Assembly: GCF_036365525.1 (NCBI RefSeq)
Contig: NW_027140825.1
Location: forward strand, 682,001 to 746,000
Reading direction: 5' to 3'
From: Heterodontus francisci
Taxonomy: Eukaryota
DNA: 64,000 nucleotides
Positions 62,575 to 64,000 of this stretch are shown piece after piece; the stretch's first letter is position 1, and each line of letters begins with the position of its first letter. Made by a program: the position numbers and the translations under genes. The notes under the pieces were generated by a model. That model did not search any database. It worked only from the letters and a program-made list of their open reading frames with translations, and was not told where the DNA came from.

Positions 62575-62893
62575 GTAGGCACACTAGTGAGACCAATACC
62601 ATTTTATTTCAGCTTCAAAGAAATCAAAAGTTGCATTTATATAGCACCTGTGCTCTTATGAAAGTACGAATAAGCAAGTAGATGTATCAGTAAGTCAATA
62701 AATAAATAAATAATTCATGAAATAGAACAATATTGTCGTGTAAAGGGGAAGATATGGTTAAACACTCAATTAAAATGACTCTCAATATATTAGACTACAG
62801 TGCGGGACTCAATTGTGATAATCTACATTTACACAGTAATTTCATAAAATATTCTGATGCTGAATGTTTATTGATTTCTCTTTCTTTTCCCAG

Positions 62894-62914
62894 AAATGTG
62901 CGGTATAAGTAAAG
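62894..62914 (+). CDS. TRBC: TCR beta constant exon 2 (hinge, EMCGISK, interchain Cys)
   Basis: Strong pyrimidine tract + CAG; 21-nt phase-1 exon with CG motif like the short mammalian Cbeta hinge exon; GTGAA donor. Confidence 0.85.
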
Positions 62915-62939
62915 GTGAATATCTATCTGCTTCTATCTG

Positions 62940-63490
62940 TATCTGGTCTCCACACTTTGTAAAGGAGGTGAAGGTCCTTGAGAGGGTGCAGAGGAGATTT
63001 ACCACAATGGTTCCAGAGATGAGGAATTTTAGCTACAAAGTTACATTGGAGAACCTGGGTTGTTCTCCTTGGAGAACAGGAGATTGAGGGGCTATTTGAC
63101 AGAGTTGTACAAGATTATGACAGGTTGACAATAGGTAGACAAAGAAAAGTTGTCCCCATGAGTTGCTGGCATAAGGATTGGGGGGGGGGGGGGTCACAGT
63201 TTTCAGGCTTTGGGAAAAAGATGCACTGGGGGGGGGCGGGGGGGGATGTGAGGCAGAAGTGTTTTATGCAGCGAGTGGTAATGACCTGGAAGTCACTGTC
63301 TACGAGGGTGGTGGAAATGGAGATAATGAATGATTTCATAAGGAAACTGGACGTACTGTTGAGGGTAATTAACTTGCAGGGCAATGGAGATGGAATTGGA
63401 GAGCTGGACTGATTGGATTGCTCTGTAGAGATCCTGCATGGACTCGATGGGCCGAATGACCTCTTTCTGTGCTGTAATGACTCCATGACT
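62940..63490 (+). mobile_element. CR1-like LINE fragment in C intron 2
   Basis: WSPHFVKEVKVLERVQRRFTTMVP. Confidence 0.85.
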
Positions 63491-64000
63491 CAAAAAATAT
63501 TCACCAATAATTCTGGAATTATTACTGTGTCAGACACTTCATGTATATTCTCATTTCAACATTTCCAAGCTGTAGTTTTACAGTTATACATACTATCATG
63601 CACAACGAGTTTATGAGAAAACTCCTCTGGGAGGGAAAGGCCGTTGGAATTTCGAGACCAGCCGAGTCGAATGATATAACCTCACGGTCCTCTTGGGTTC
63701 ACGACCTCAGGGAAATATGTTGCCCTGTGATGAGGGAGAGGGGACGCCTGGGGATGGGAGGGGAGGGAGCTGTGTACACTTGTCTTAAAACGTACAATTC
63801 CTTGGGAGTTCATAGTGTGAATCTGGCGTGGAGATAAAAGGGACAGTTCCACTTCCCAGAGGTTAAATTAGTTTAACACATCATCTCAAAGAAGGTTCCT
63901 CCAAAGTTGCAGTGCAGCACACACGCTGTCTACTGGCACTGGGAGAGTCAGTCTGGATTATGGGGTTCATGTCTTTGGACTGGGTCTTGAACCCACAATC

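Noticed and set aside
148-62914. Alternative identity as IgH, IgL, TCR delta/NAR-TCR or TCR gamma
   Set aside because: V23-12D23-12J RSS layout, GGGACAGGGGG D core, FGXG J segments and Cbeta motifs all indicate TCR beta.
62915-64000. Cbeta transmembrane/cytoplasmic exons
   Set aside because: No hydrophobic exon with the conserved TM Lys found; probably beyond the window. The 63-aa ORF at 62896 is the hinge exon running into a CR1 fragment.
1-64000. Species assignment
   Set aside because: Repeat content and protein style point to a shark, but species cannot be established without a database search.

Overview
Eukaryotic (cartilaginous-fish-like, probably shark) genomic DNA containing the 3' part of a germline T-cell receptor beta (TRB) locus, all on the + strand. 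Order: 8 V segments in four tandem pairs (5 open, 3 pseudogenes; each with a 23-bp-spacer RSS) plus 2 orphan leader exons; a ~9.4 kb V-D gap; D1 + 10 J/J-like segments; D2 + 16 J segments; one J relic just before C; then C exon 1 (Ig C1 domain) and the 21-nt hinge exon. TM/cytoplasmic exons are not seen and presumably lie beyond the window. Intergenic DNA is rich in CR1-like and RTE-like LINE fragments, SINEs, micro- and minisatellites, with one assembly gap. Most notable: two D-J clusters share one C (D-J-D-J-C); a 13-copy minisatellite of CTCF-consensus motifs sits directly behind one V RSS, with oppositely oriented CTCF-like motifs in the V-D gap; AP-1 motifs lie in V rather than D 23-RSSs; and a donor-less J relic reads in frame into C. 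Segment numbering is local, not official nomenclature. Repeat boundaries are approximate.
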